DNA of 64,000 nt from Minisyncoccota bacterium (GTDB lineage Bacteria; Patescibacteriota; Minisyncoccia; Phycocordibacterales; UBA9973): contig JBAZVG010000001.1 in assembly GCA_041661005.1 (NCBI GenBank), forward strand, positions 543,515-607,514, in the 5' to 3' direction. The translations under genes and the position numbers were made by a program. Positions 37,083 to 46,522 of the stretch are shown here, piece by piece (the first letter of the stretch is position 1; each line of letters opens with the position of its first letter). Under the pieces are notes generated by a model that searched no databases, was not told the DNA's origin, and worked only from the letters and a program-made list of their open reading frames with translations.

Positions 37083-37169
37083 ATTTTAATAATTCCCCTC
37101 TTGAGGGGTGGCGTTTATGCCGGGGTGGATATAATTCGTCCACCTCCCCCCTAAAGGGTACTCCTCAAA
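37083..37169. repeat. Structured intergenic repeat, family A copy 2 (between rplJ and rplL)
   Basis: ATTCCCCTCTTGAGGGGTGG...GGTGGA-N8-TCCACCTCCCC-CCTAAAGGG-TACTCCTCAAAGAGGAGAAT. See copy 1 at 3391-3486. Confidence 0.7.
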
Positions 37170-37178
37170 GAGGAGAAT

Positions 37179-37658
37179 CTATTTCCCTTTCGCTACTTCA
37201 CCAACCGCGATAGCTAAACGTTGCATCGGACTCTTGAGTAAGAATGCAAGTTTCGAAAGCAAAACTTCTTTCGAAGGTATCATCGCTAGCTCCATCATTT
37301 TTGCGCCGGTGATAAATTTCCCTTCAAAAATCCCTCCTAAAATATTCAGCATCCCCTTGTGGGTTTTCTGAAAATTATAGATTTCACGCGGTCCCGCTAT
37401 TTCATCCTTTGAATACGCGATAGCAACTTCTCCTTCAAGATCCGGAATTTCGCCTTCCGCTTTTCCTTTCAATGCTCGAGCAAGAAGGGTTTTTCTGGAA
37501 ACTTTATAGCCTACTCCACCTGAACGAAGGTCCCGACGAAGTATAGTCTCATCGCTGACTTTCAAACCATGAAAATTCACGAAAACTAAAGACTCAGATT
37601 CTTTGATCACTCCCTCAAGATCTTTTACTATTTCTTCTTTTTTTGATTTTTGTAACAT
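37179..37658 (-). CDS. rplJ: 50S ribosomal protein L10
   Basis: 159 aa in the rplJ-rplL arrangement. The L10 fold is recognisable (MLQKSKKEEIVKDLEGVIKESESLVFVNFHGLKV...). Confidence 0.85.
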   Translation of the reverse strand: MLQKSKKEEIVKDLEGVIKESESLVFVNFHGLKVSDETILRRDLRSGGVGYKVSRKTLLARALKGKAEGEIPDLEGEVAIAYSKDEIAGPREIYNFQKTHKGMLNILGGIFEGKFITGAKMMELAMIPSKEVLLSKLAFLLKSPMQRLAIAVGEVAKGK

Positions 37659-37693
37659 GTTTGATTTTTAAAAACTTTTGAAACATAATTTTT

Positions 37694-37787
37694 TGAAGGG
37701 GTTTCGAGGCTGTCGAGCCGAGAACTTCCCTTGGCCGTCCCGGCACGGGCGAGGCAGGATTTTTTAAGCTTAAAAAAATCCGTACCG
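37694..37787 (+). repeat. Structured repeat, family C copy c (with a 27-nt internal insertion)
   Basis: GAAGGGGTTTCGAG-GCTGTCGAGCC-GAGAACTTCC[insert CTTGGCCGTCCCGGCACGGGCGAGGC]AGGATTTTTTAAGCTTAAAAAAATCCGTACCG. Confidence 0.65.
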
Positions 37788-37799
37788 AAAAAAAATTGA

Positions 37800-37990
37800 T
37801 GTTGATAAAGTTTTAACTAAAAAAACGGCTTTCGCCGTCAAAGATATCGACCCCGCCTTGACTCGCATAGGCGAGGCAGGCCACTAAATAGGCTATAACA
37901 AAGATTTATCTTTGTTCGCCCGTTCCGACTATGTCGGAATTAGGGACTTATTAAGACCTTACGGTCGCCTATCTTCTTTGCGGTATTTAC
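37800..37990. other. GC-rich multi-hairpin non-coding region (candidate structured RNA)
   Basis: Successive hairpins ACGGC-TTTC-GCCGT, GCCT..CTCGC-ATAG-GCGAG..AGGC and TTCCGAC-TAT-GTCGGAA. No ORF. GC-rich relative to surroundings. The motif GGCGAGGCAGG recurs at 37748 and 37869. Confidence 0.3.
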
Positions 37991-38008
37991 AATATAACAC
38001 AAGACGCT

Positions 38009-38278
38009 CTATTTTGCAAAATAGTTCACCAAGAAAACACTGCCAAGCCCTAAAACTATGATCGTGGTAAAAAGAAGTAATGTTTTTAAAAAGTGTTTTG
38101 TAACCATATAAATTAACGATATCCCCTCAACCACAATACAACCAACAGAAAAACTAGAACAACAATAAAAGAATGCCAGACATCCCAATCCGAATATATG
38201 TTTTTTTTCTTCAAAAAGTTTGAGAACTTTTTGTCCCCTTCCAGAAAAAGAATATATGGCAAAACAGCAATCATCCAC
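38009..38278 (-). CDS. Small hypothetical membrane protein (uncertain; overlapping alternative ORF at 38113-38304)
   Basis: 89 aa, hydrophobic. No homology recognised. Confidence 0.25.
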   Translation of the reverse strand: MDDCCFAIYSFSGRGQKVLKLFEEKKHIFGLGCLAFFYCCSSFSVGCIVVEGISLIYMVTKHFLKTLLLFTTIIVLGLGSVFLVNYFAK

Positions 38279-38349
38279 CAGACTTTAAAAAGGAATTCAA
38301 ACATAAACCTATTTTAACAAAATCTTGTTACAAACACTAGACGACCAAT

Positions 38350-39168
38350 TTACCGTATTTCGTAGGTTATCGTCACATCCGAGCTAATCGTATTTTCACC
38401 TTTAGGAATCACAGCTGGAGCTGGAGCTCTGCCTGCGCCATCTTTCATCATTGCCGACTCAGCATACATCATGACGGGATAATTCCCAGATTCGCTGAAG
38501 TTTGCAACCCTGCCCAACCTTACACCCAAATCATCTGCCAAGACTTTGGCTTTTTCCCTAGCATCTTCGATAGCCTCCTTTCTGGCTTGCGCTTTCAGAG
38601 CATCCTCGTCATCTATCGCAAAGTTTGGTCCGCTTAAATTCAAGACACCTGTCGTGCCCAACCCCTGCATAACTGCACCGGCCTCATCTGTGTTGCGAAT
38701 TTTTACAGTAATACTTTCACTTGCCTCATAACCAGTAAGAACTTGCTTGCCAGTACCGCAATCATAAGACGATCCAGAGACACCGCCCGTCTCAACCTGC
38801 GGACATAAAGCGCGAACATACTCGTATTTTGGATAAAAAGATGCGTTCGTGGTTTTTATATCTTTATCGGCAATATCTTTTGTTTTTAGAAAATCGAGAG
38901 CCTTTTTCTCTATCCCAGCAACGCCATTTTGAGCTTCCTTGACCGTCTTTGCAGTTTTGCTGATTGTAAAGTATACACTCGCAATATCTGGCACTGCTTG
39001 AACTTCTCCATGACCAGACAAAGTAATAGTGTTGGTATCTGAACTACCCATCTTGCCATAAGATCTGAATTCAGATAATAGTCTAACTACGAAGAACAAA
39101 GAAAGAACAACCAAAAAAACAAGTGAGACTTTGTATAAATTTTTTACGTATTGCTGTGGTATTTCCAT
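38350..39168 (-). CDS. SIMPL-domain (DUF541 / BP26-like) protein
   Basis: 272 aa with an N-terminal TM, then ...ITLSGHGEVQAVPDIASVYFTISKTAKTVKEAQ...GYEASESITVKIRNTDEAGAVMQ...AKVLADDLGVRLGRV, matching the SIMPL family pattern. Confidence 0.7.
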   Translation of the reverse strand: MEIPQQYVKNLYKVSLVFLVVLSLFFVVRLLSEFRSYGKMGSSDTNTITLSGHGEVQAVPDIASVYFTISKTAKTVKEAQNGVAGIEKKALDFLKTKDIADKDIKTTNASFYPKYEYVRALCPQVETGGVSGSSYDCGTGKQVLTGYEASESITVKIRNTDEAGAVMQGLGTTGVLNLSGPNFAIDDEDALKAQARKEAIEDAREKAKVLADDLGVRLGRVANFSESGNYPVMMYAESAMMKDGAGRAPAPAVIPKGENTISSDVTITYEIR

Positions 39169-39232
39169 ATATTTTTACCTTATTTATTCTTAATAATTTG
39201 ATTATAACATAAAATAATATTAATCAAAAATT

Positions 39233-40213
39233 TTAATACGGATCAGTGCCTTGAATAAGTCGTGGGGAACCTGGCTGAACTATTATGCCTTGTCTGGTAT
39301 TGGGAATATTTCGTGGAACCTCAGGATTATTAGTATTATTTCCATTATTTGTATTTTGATTTTCTGGATTAGGATTTGTGGTAACAGGAGGAGTGGTGGG
39401 AGAAGTGGGAGTCGGAGGTGGTGGATTGGGAGTAGATTGCTGTATCTCTTGTTCCACCTGTGTCAATTTTTCTTTTATACTATCTACTTCATCTTCTACT
39501 TGTTCCACGACTTCTTGTTGATTACCGACATCTTCCGGTGTGACTGATGGTATATTCGAAGGAGAAGTTGGAGGGGTTTGTGGATTATTAGAATTTTCAA
39601 TAGCAGTTTCGAGAGAGACCAATACTTCTTCGATGGCTTCTACGGGTGGAAGTTGTGATAAATAAATATCTATTTGCAATTGAGAAAGTCCAGAATCTGC
39701 CGGCGTTAAGCTTTCTATTATTTCAGAAAGATCTTCCAGAAATTCTTTAATCGTTTGCATTTCTTTCTGTATTTTCTCCCTCTCGTTTACATCTATTGTC
39801 TTGATTAACAGAATGTCAGTTTTTTTCCGCCATTCTTCAAGTAATAAATTTATATTTTTTCTTTCATCATTTATGAGAATATTTTTCAGAGGATTTTTAA
39901 CTATGAGTTCTGGATTTGATCCAGATGCGTCTTTAAACATAAAATCGGTCTCCTCGACTATCCCAGAAGCTTTCCTCATTTGATCTTGGAAAGTTGCAGC
40001 AAGATAAAATTCACTCTCGAGGTCGTCCGTCATCGTATCTAGAGTTTCTTTTTCTTTATTTAATTTATTTTTCGCTATCGCTAAATCGCTTTGTAACATA
40101 TTTTTTTGAGTGACCAAATCGTTGTATTTATCTCCATGCATAAAAAAATACACTCCAAAAGCAAGAACGAGTGCAAACACTACCCCTCCGCCAATAAGGC
40201 TTAATTTATTCAT
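39233..40213 (-). CDS. Hypothetical membrane-anchored coiled-coil protein with Pro/Thr/Asn-rich C-terminus
   Basis: 326 aa with an N-terminal TM, a long coiled-coil, and a low-complexity PTSP-rich tail. Confidence 0.5.
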   Translation of the reverse strand: MNKLSLIGGGVVFALVLAFGVYFFMHGDKYNDLVTQKNMLQSDLAIAKNKLNKEKETLDTMTDDLESEFYLAATFQDQMRKASGIVEETDFMFKDASGSNPELIVKNPLKNILINDERKNINLLLEEWRKKTDILLIKTIDVNEREKIQKEMQTIKEFLEDLSEIIESLTPADSGLSQLQIDIYLSQLPPVEAIEEVLVSLETAIENSNNPQTPPTSPSNIPSVTPEDVGNQQEVVEQVEDEVDSIKEKLTQVEQEIQQSTPNPPPPTPTSPTTPPVTTNPNPENQNTNNGNNTNNPEVPRNIPNTRQGIIVQPGSPRLIQGTDPY

Positions 40214-40239
40214 CTATTTATTATAATTTTTTATACCAA

Positions 40240-41280
40240 CTAAATCAAATTAACTTCTGAGGTAAGTTCAAGACCAAATTTTTCTTTTACATCAACGATG
40301 ATTTTATTTGCCAGAGCCAACACTTCTTCTCCTTTTGCTTTACCATAATTTACCAAAACTAACGCTTGTTTTTCATGGACGCCAACATTTCCAAGCCTTT
40401 GTCCTTTCCACCCACATTGTTCGATCAACCATCCAGCTGGGATTTTGACAAGATTATCTTCTTCAAAATACGGCATTTCCGGATATGCTTTTTGCAGTTT
40501 TTTTAATTCCTCCGGTTGTACAAAAATATTTTTAAAAAAACTACCTGCGTTAGGAATGCTAACCGGATCTGGAAGTTTACTCCTGCGTATAGCAGAAACC
40601 GCATTGCTTATATCCCTCGGCCGTAGCCCTACGGGCGAGTCCTTTAAACTTCTGACTTCAATTTTATTTTTCTCTAAATAATCCTGTAAAATTTTATAAG
40701 TTACATTTTTATTTTCTTTTTTACTTAATCGAAGAGTTGTCGCGATAATAAAATATTTTTCCTTTAATTCATTTTTAAAAATACTATCTCGGTAGCCAAG
40801 TTTGCATTCTTCTTTGCTGAAAACCATCTTTTCTCCAGTAATAATATTAATCGTCTCGACATTTTCTAATACATTTTTGAGCTCGACTCCATACGCTCCG
40901 ATATTTTGCATCGGCGCTGCGCCGACTGTCCCCGGGATAAGCGCCAAATTCTCGATGCCCCACAAATCACGTTCCACTGCAAAAGTCACAAGATCGTGCC
41001 AAATCTCTCCGCCCATGGCGCGAACCATAACGGTTTCAGAATTTTCTGATAGAATCTCAATACCTTTCAATTTATTTAAAACAACTAAACCATCGAAATC
41101 TTTAGTAAACAAAACATTGCTCCCTCCGCCGAGAAATAATTTATTGCTGTTTTGAAACTCTTTCGTAGTCAAAAGTTCTTTTAAATCGGCCTCATTCGCG
41201 ATTTCTACAAAAAATTTAGCATTCACCGAAATGCTAAAAGTGTTTAACTTTGACAAATTGTAGTTGTGCTCTATTTTCAC
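40240..41280 (-). CDS. murB: UDP-N-acetylenolpyruvoylglucosamine reductase
   Basis: 346 aa with an FAD-binding PCMH domain (LFLGGGSNVLF) and the MurB C-terminal KLPDP...GSFFKN motif. Contains an in-frame copy of the family D mini-palindrome at 40614-40639 encoding DSPVGLRPRD. Confidence 0.85.
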   Translation of the reverse strand: MKIEHNYNLSKLNTFSISVNAKFFVEIANEADLKELLTTKEFQNSNKLFLGGGSNVLFTKDFDGLVVLNKLKGIEILSENSETVMVRAMGGEIWHDLVTFAVERDLWGIENLALIPGTVGAAPMQNIGAYGVELKNVLENVETINIITGEKMVFSKEECKLGYRDSIFKNELKEKYFIIATTLRLSKKENKNVTYKILQDYLEKNKIEVRSLKDSPVGLRPRDISNAVSAIRRSKLPDPVSIPNAGSFFKNIFVQPEELKKLQKAYPEMPYFEEDNLVKIPAGWLIEQCGWKGQRLGNVGVHEKQALVLVNYGKAKGEEVLALANKIIVDVKEKFGLELTSEVNLI

Positions 41281-41891
41281 TCTCTAAGTATATAGACAGA
41301 CCCATCTTTCTGCAATTTAATTACTTTGGATGCTTTTCCTTTGATCTCTCCCCCGTCTATATATAAATCCACTAAATTTCCAAAATATTTTCTAGCTTCA
41401 GAAATATTCTCACTCGGAGACAAGCCCTCTGGGTTAGCCGAGGGCGCAATGAGCGGACCTGTTTCCTTCAATAAATCTCGTAAACTTTCTTCCGCAGGCA
41501 AACGAAATGCCAAAGTCTGCGTTCCTCGATGCAGATATGCGAATTTTTCATCTGAACATTCAAAAACAATACTAACTGGAAGAGATCCTCCGACTGTGAT
41601 CAGAGCAGACCAATATTCTTGAACTATAGCTTTTTGTTTTTCAGAAAGAACAATAGAAAATTTTTCAAGCTCGTCAATATCACCAATTAATATTACACAA
41701 GGTTTTTTGGGATCTCTTTTTCTTATACTATAAATTCGATTTACCGCAGAGACGTCCAGAGCACTACCGACAATGCCATAAATAGTGTCTGTGGGTATGA
41801 CAGCGACGCCATTTCCTTTCAAAGTTTTTATCAAACTTTCATTATTCCAAATGTTTTGCTGTGACAACATAAAATGTATTATAATATACAA
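41277..41891 (-). CDS. tsaC: L-threonylcarbamoyladenylate synthase (Sua5/YrdC family)
   Basis: 204 aa with ...VAVIPTDTIYGIVGSALDVSAVNRIYSIRKR...PCVILIGD..., the YrdC fold signature. Confidence 0.8.
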   Translation of the reverse strand: MYIIIHFMLSQQNIWNNESLIKTLKGNGVAVIPTDTIYGIVGSALDVSAVNRIYSIRKRDPKKPCVILIGDIDELEKFSIVLSEKQKAIVQEYWSALITVGGSLPVSIVFECSDEKFAYLHRGTQTLAFRLPAEESLRDLLKETGPLIAPSANPEGLSPSENISEARKYFGNLVDLYIDGGEIKGKASKVIKLQKDGSVYILRE

Positions 41892-42281
41892 ATGATAAAA
41901 AACATCGTAAAATTTTTCGATAAACTAGAAGATCGCATGCGAGGTAAATTAAGCCACTACCCTATTGTTTACGCTTTCATTGGAGGTATTGGAATCGTAT
42001 TATTTTGGCGCGGAGTTTGGTACACGGCAGACGATACGAACATCGGAAGCATTGATTCATTTGTCATCGGATCTATCATCCTCCTCATAACCGGAGTGTT
42101 TGTTTCCGCTTTCATTGGAAGCCGGCTCATTATTTCCGGCTTAATTGGAGGGAAAAAACTAGCCGAAAAAGAACAAAGTGAAATAGAAACTGAAGAAACC
42201 CAACTTGTAAATCTGCAAAACACCATGAACAGAGTGGAGGAGAAGATAGATAATCTCAAAAAAGAAACAGAAAAAAAATAG
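41874..42281 (+). CDS. Hypothetical membrane protein with C-terminal coiled coil
   Basis: 135 aa, two TM segments then a charged helical tail. Plus strand. Starts at a divergent junction with tsaC. Confidence 0.45.
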   Translation: MYYNIQMIKNIVKFFDKLEDRMRGKLSHYPIVYAFIGGIGIVLFWRGVWYTADDTNIGSIDSFVIGSIILLITGVFVSAFIGSRLIISGLIGGKKLAEKEQSEIETEETQLVNLQNTMNRVEEKIDNLKKETEKK

Positions 42282-42298
42282 TTTTATACGGCTATGGA

Positions 42299-42829
42299 TT
42301 AGAAAATTTCTTCTTCTAATTTTCTTTCTATTTCCTCTTCACTGATAGGTTTGAGCAACTTCCTCAGTTCTGGATCTTCCGACAAATCCACTCCTTGCCT
42401 TTCCAGCACTATGGCCAACATTTGCATAAGTTTAGTAATTTCCTTCTCGGAAATAAGATTGACTTGCAAATGAGTTTCTTCACGCAGATCATCTATCTTT
42501 GAGTTGCGATTCTGGGAGATGAGCACAAAAATTGCAAGAAAAATAGCTTCGAGGGAGACAACCATCGTCAGAAGGTTGAAGGGAAAAGGATCAAACGGAG
42601 GTATCCACTTTATCTGATTGGTATTGATGAGTATCCACCCAGTAAACAAAAATATATTCAATAATAAAAAAGCCATACTACCAAAACTCGAAGTCATCCA
42701 ATCGGCAATTCTCTCTGTCACCGTTCTTTTAGAATCAAAAGTGGCTTTAATGCTCTTAAATATTTTTCTTCTCGACCCCTTGCTTTCTCCAAACAATGAG
42801 CTCAAAAATGAAACGTGGTTTTTTGACAT
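42299..42829 (-). CDS. DUF1003-family membrane protein
   Basis: 176 aa with ...WILINTNQIKWIPPFDPFPFNLLTMVVSLEAIFLAIFVLISQNR...HLQVNL..., the characteristic DUF1003 pattern. Confidence 0.65.
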   Translation of the reverse strand: MSKNHVSFLSSLFGESKGSRRKIFKSIKATFDSKRTVTERIADWMTSSFGSMAFLLLNIFLFTGWILINTNQIKWIPPFDPFPFNLLTMVVSLEAIFLAIFVLISQNRNSKIDDLREETHLQVNLISEKEITKLMQMLAIVLERQGVDLSEDPELRKLLKPISEEEIERKLEEEIF

Positions 42830-42849
42830 ACATCTTTATTATACACTAA

Positions 42850-42935
42850 AATTGGGTGCCTATTCGGTTATGCTCCGAATCTAAGAGCTCCACAAGCTCT
42901 TGTGCTACTATTACACCATAGGCACCATGTATTGA
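42850..42935. other. Nested multi-hairpin element between the P-type ATPase and the DUF1003 gene
   Basis: GGTGCCTAT[TTCGG..CCGAA][TAAGAGCT-ccaca-AGCTCTT]...ATAGGCACC: a 9-bp outer stem enclosing two inner hairpins. Confidence 0.3.
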
Positions 42936-43052
42936 TATTTATAACAATAAAAGAGGAACATATGCAAGTTTATTTGCATAACGTCCGAGAGTAATTGGTA
43001 TATGGTAATCCATATAACAAAAAATATACGTAAATGCTACTTTTTTTATCTT

Positions 43053-45716
43053 TTATTTTATTCTAAATAATTTTAGATAATGTTCTTTGGTGAATAAATG
43101 ATTCTTGTTGTGAAGAAGATATTTTGCACCCTCAACCATAGCAATATTAAAAATAAGCCAAAATACGATTAAGGGCGTCCAAGCGAGAGGTAATGGCGCA
43201 ATTTCGAAAATATTTCTAATCGCCGGTATGGTCATCGTAGCGACTAAAATGACAACTGCAATCAAAATACTTATGTTGAGTTTTTTGTTGGCAAATATAG
43301 GATATGAAAAAAGCGGACGATGCAAACTTCTGAAAGAAAAGGAAATAGCAAGGATGTAAGAAGAGAAACAAACGAAAAATATGGAACGAGTGACATCTAA
43401 ATCCAGGCCGATTTGCAATAGAAAATAATACAAAAAGAAAAGAAACAATGAACTTAAAACTCCAACGCCAAAAATAAACACTTTAACATTCTTTGTAAAA
43501 ATAAGATGCGTACTTTCCATCTTTTTGCTTTTTCTTTTTTCTTTATCTATGTCTTCTTCAAATGCAAAAGCGAGCGCAGGCAGACTTCCGGTAAAAAGAT
43601 TCACCCAGATGATTTGGAGCGCGGTAATGGGCAGAGGAAGCCCCATCAAGAGACTCCCCCCAATTACAAACACTTCATCAAGAGAATTAGACATTAGATA
43701 TGTGAATGCTTTTTTGATATTGGAAAGAATTCGGCGTCCTTCATCTATGGCCAGAGAAATAGTTTGAAAATTGTCATCAAGCAATACTAAATCTGCCGCG
43801 CTTTTTGCCACATCACTTCCTGAGCCGAGCGATATGCCTATATCCATCGCCTTGAGCGCCGGAGCATCATTGACACCATCCCCCGTCATAGCCACTACCT
43901 CTCCAAGACTTTGATACAGCCGTCCTATGCGAAGTTTGTCTTCTGGTGTCACTCGGGCGAATATTTTTATTTTAGGAATGATGACAAGTAATTCTTTATC
44001 AGAAAGACTCTTGAGGTCATTGCCGGTAAGTATTTCATCTTCACGCGCTTCCCAATCCAAACTTTTTACCACAGAAAGCGCGGTTCCCATGAGATCTCCT
44101 GTGACTAAAACCATTTTTATGCCATGAGACTCAATATTTTTAATTGCAGCCGGAACTTCTACTCTTATGGGATCATAAAAAACAAACATTCCGAGAAAAT
44201 CAAGTCCCTCCATGTCTTGAATAGAAAAACTTTTTGGATGTTTTTTGGAGATTGTCGCAATACCGATAAGTCTTTTGCCCTCTCTGCTCGTAACATCTAT
44301 CCATTCTTCTAATTTAATATATTCTTCTTTCGAAATATTTGATTTCTTGAGTAAAATATCCGGCGCGCCCATCACCACATACAATCCATTTTTCTCGGCT
44401 ACAGAAAATTTGTTGGTTGAATTAAATGGCAAAACCAAAAAGGAAGAACTGAAAACAATGTCATCAAAAGAAACATTATGCAAGAGGCTTGCTTTGGCGA
44501 TATTGACTTCAAACGGTCGCCCCCGAAAAGTCCATTCTGCCTTGTCTTTATCTCTGTTTTCAATAGAAACGTCAATATTGAGTAATGCCAATTCTAATAA
44601 TTTTTTTTGATCATCAGAAAAAACTTTATGCAATACTTCGTGTTCATCTTTTTTAATTGGATTAGAGAGAAGCGCTGTTCTGGTGTGTATTCCAACGAGT
44701 TGCATATCTGCTAGCGTCAACGTCCCCGTTTTGTCTGTCATTATGAGGGTTGCAGAGCCGAGTGTCTCCGCCGCGGTAAGCTTTCTGACGATTCCCTTCT
44801 TGTTTGCAATACGCTCGGAACCGATCGCTAAAATAACAGTGAGTGCGATAGGCAATGCCTCGGGCACGGCCCCCACAGCAACAGCCGCGGAAAGGACGAG
44901 CATTGGAATCAATGACTCTCCACGCATTATTCCCAAAATTAAAATTCCTATGACAATAATAGAAACTATAAAAAAAATGAACCAAGCCAAACGTCCGATA
45001 CCTCTCTGTAGTGGAGTTTGAGTTCTTTTAGTGGTGGAGACTATCCCGGCAATTTTACCGATTTCAGTTTCATTGCCCGTAGCATAGACAACCGCGGTAG
45101 CATATCCCTGCACCACCAAACTCCCAGCATGAGCAATATTTTTACGTTCCGAAACCGCCGAAGTTATATTGATAGTTATATTATTTTTTTCCACTGGCAG
45201 AGATTCTCCAGTAAGTATTGCTTCGTCTACATTGAGATCAATTTCACTGAGAATGCGCGCATCAGCAGGCACTCTCGAACCGTAAAATAATTTTATTATA
45301 TCCCCGGGCACCAAAAGAGAAGAATCAATTTCTTGTTCTTTTCCGTTACGAATAACTTTAGCCCTATCTTTTATATATGTTTTTAATTTCTCAAGGGTAT
45401 TTTCAGCATGATATTCATGATAAAACCCCAGCACCACATTGAGCAATACCGCAAAGACAATCACAGCTGTGTTCATCCACTCGGCAAGTATGCTGGTGAG
45501 AACAGCCGCGCCAATAAGTAAAAATATAAGCGGACTTAAAAATTGTTTCAAAAAAAGAGAAGGAATATGGATCTTTTCTTTGCTGTGAAAAGTATTATTT
45601 CCGTATTTTTGCAAACGAACTTCTGCCTCTTTGTCAGTTATGCCAACTTGCGTCGAATGTAATTGTTCGACGGTTTCTTTGTCCGATAGTCCCCATGGTT
45701 GCATAGTATTCTGCAT
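43053..45716 (-). CDS. P-type cation-transporting ATPase (P2-type, Ca2+/Mg2+-ATPase-like)
   Basis: 887 aa with TGES, the phosphorylation motif DKTGTLT, MTGDGVNDAPAL, and ten TM helices. Confidence 0.85.
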   Translation of the reverse strand: MQNTMQPWGLSDKETVEQLHSTQVGITDKEAEVRLQKYGNNTFHSKEKIHIPSLFLKQFLSPLIFLLIGAAVLTSILAEWMNTAVIVFAVLLNVVLGFYHEYHAENTLEKLKTYIKDRAKVIRNGKEQEIDSSLLVPGDIIKLFYGSRVPADARILSEIDLNVDEAILTGESLPVEKNNITINITSAVSERKNIAHAGSLVVQGYATAVVYATGNETEIGKIAGIVSTTKRTQTPLQRGIGRLAWFIFFIVSIIVIGILILGIMRGESLIPMLVLSAAVAVGAVPEALPIALTVILAIGSERIANKKGIVRKLTAAETLGSATLIMTDKTGTLTLADMQLVGIHTRTALLSNPIKKDEHEVLHKVFSDDQKKLLELALLNIDVSIENRDKDKAEWTFRGRPFEVNIAKASLLHNVSFDDIVFSSSFLVLPFNSTNKFSVAEKNGLYVVMGAPDILLKKSNISKEEYIKLEEWIDVTSREGKRLIGIATISKKHPKSFSIQDMEGLDFLGMFVFYDPIRVEVPAAIKNIESHGIKMVLVTGDLMGTALSVVKSLDWEAREDEILTGNDLKSLSDKELLVIIPKIKIFARVTPEDKLRIGRLYQSLGEVVAMTGDGVNDAPALKAMDIGISLGSGSDVAKSAADLVLLDDNFQTISLAIDEGRRILSNIKKAFTYLMSNSLDEVFVIGGSLLMGLPLPITALQIIWVNLFTGSLPALAFAFEEDIDKEKRKSKKMESTHLIFTKNVKVFIFGVGVLSSLFLFFLYYFLLQIGLDLDVTRSIFFVCFSSYILAISFSFRSLHRPLFSYPIFANKKLNISILIAVVILVATMTIPAIRNIFEIAPLPLAWTPLIVFWLIFNIAMVEGAKYLLHNKNHLFTKEHYLKLFRIK

Positions 45717-45745
45717 TTTAAATAAATATTCTAGGAATTACTCCA

Positions 45746-46378
45746 TTAGAATTCTTTAAAACAATATTCTTTATCGGGTTCACTTTTTATTAAATTACAA
45801 ATTTGCGAATCATTTTTATTTTTAGCTATTTGCATATAACAACTGGTAATATACACTTGTGCAACTACCTTTTCACATATTCCAGCGTCTCCTTTTTTAA
45901 TCGCGATACCGACATAGCATAAATCTTTCGAAGATAATCCTACTATATTTTCACAAGCTTGTTCGTCACCAGATTCAATAGCGCTTTTCTTTTGAATTTG
46001 AGTTTCACAACTAAATCTATAGTCATCTGATTTTAATGTTTTACAAAGACTTAAATCTTTTATCTTAACTGCAATACCCATAATACATACCTGATTATCA
46101 AATTCAGGCAAGCCATTGCAGGCATTTAAATCTTCTTTCTCTTTAGCAAAATTAGTTATACATGAATATTTAGTTCCATTTGTACTAGTTGTATTGCAAA
46201 TTTCTATATTATTTTCTTGGACAGCGGCTTTATATAAACAATAATTGTACTCAGCAAACGGTAAGTTTTTACTACATCCTGATTTTTTATTATAAACATA
46301 CATACCACCTCCAATTACTAATAATGCGATAATCACTATTAATAGTGGTGCAACGAAACCTTTTTGTGAGTTTTCCAT
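45746..46378 (-). CDS. Hypothetical Cys-rich secreted or membrane-anchored protein
   Basis: 210 aa with an N-terminal TM and repeated ~35-aa Cys-containing units (C..N/D..C..G). Confidence 0.5.
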   Translation of the reverse strand: MENSQKGFVAPLLIVIIALLVIGGGMYVYNKKSGCSKNLPFAEYNYCLYKAAVQENNIEICNTTSTNGTKYSCITNFAKEKEDLNACNGLPEFDNQVCIMGIAVKIKDLSLCKTLKSDDYRFSCETQIQKKSAIESGDEQACENIVGLSSKDLCYVGIAIKKGDAGICEKVVAQVYITSCYMQIAKNKNDSQICNLIKSEPDKEYCFKEF

Positions 46379-46427
46379 AATTGCTATTTTAACATTTTAT
46401 CAACGAAACCCCCAAACGCCTACACTA

Positions 46428-46513
46428 TGGTGCGCGGGAGAGGAATCGCACCTCCACGCCCTTGCGGGCACTACCACCTCAAGGTAGCTCGGCTACTGTT
46501 ACGACACCCGCGC
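46428..46513 (-). tRNA. tRNA-Leu(GAG)-like, class II, atypical D and T loops
   Basis: Minus strand reads GCGCGGG-UG-UCG-UAACAGUAGC-CGA-G-CUACC-UUGAGGU-GGUAG-[UGCCCGCAAGGGCGUG]-GGAGG-UGCGAUU-CCUCU-CCCGCGC-A-CCA. Perfect 7-bp acceptor, encoded CCA, long variable arm. The D-loop lacks GG and the T-loop is UGCGAUU, so it may be a variant or a pseudo-tRNA. Confidence 0.5.
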
Positions 46514-46522
46514 ATGTTTTTG

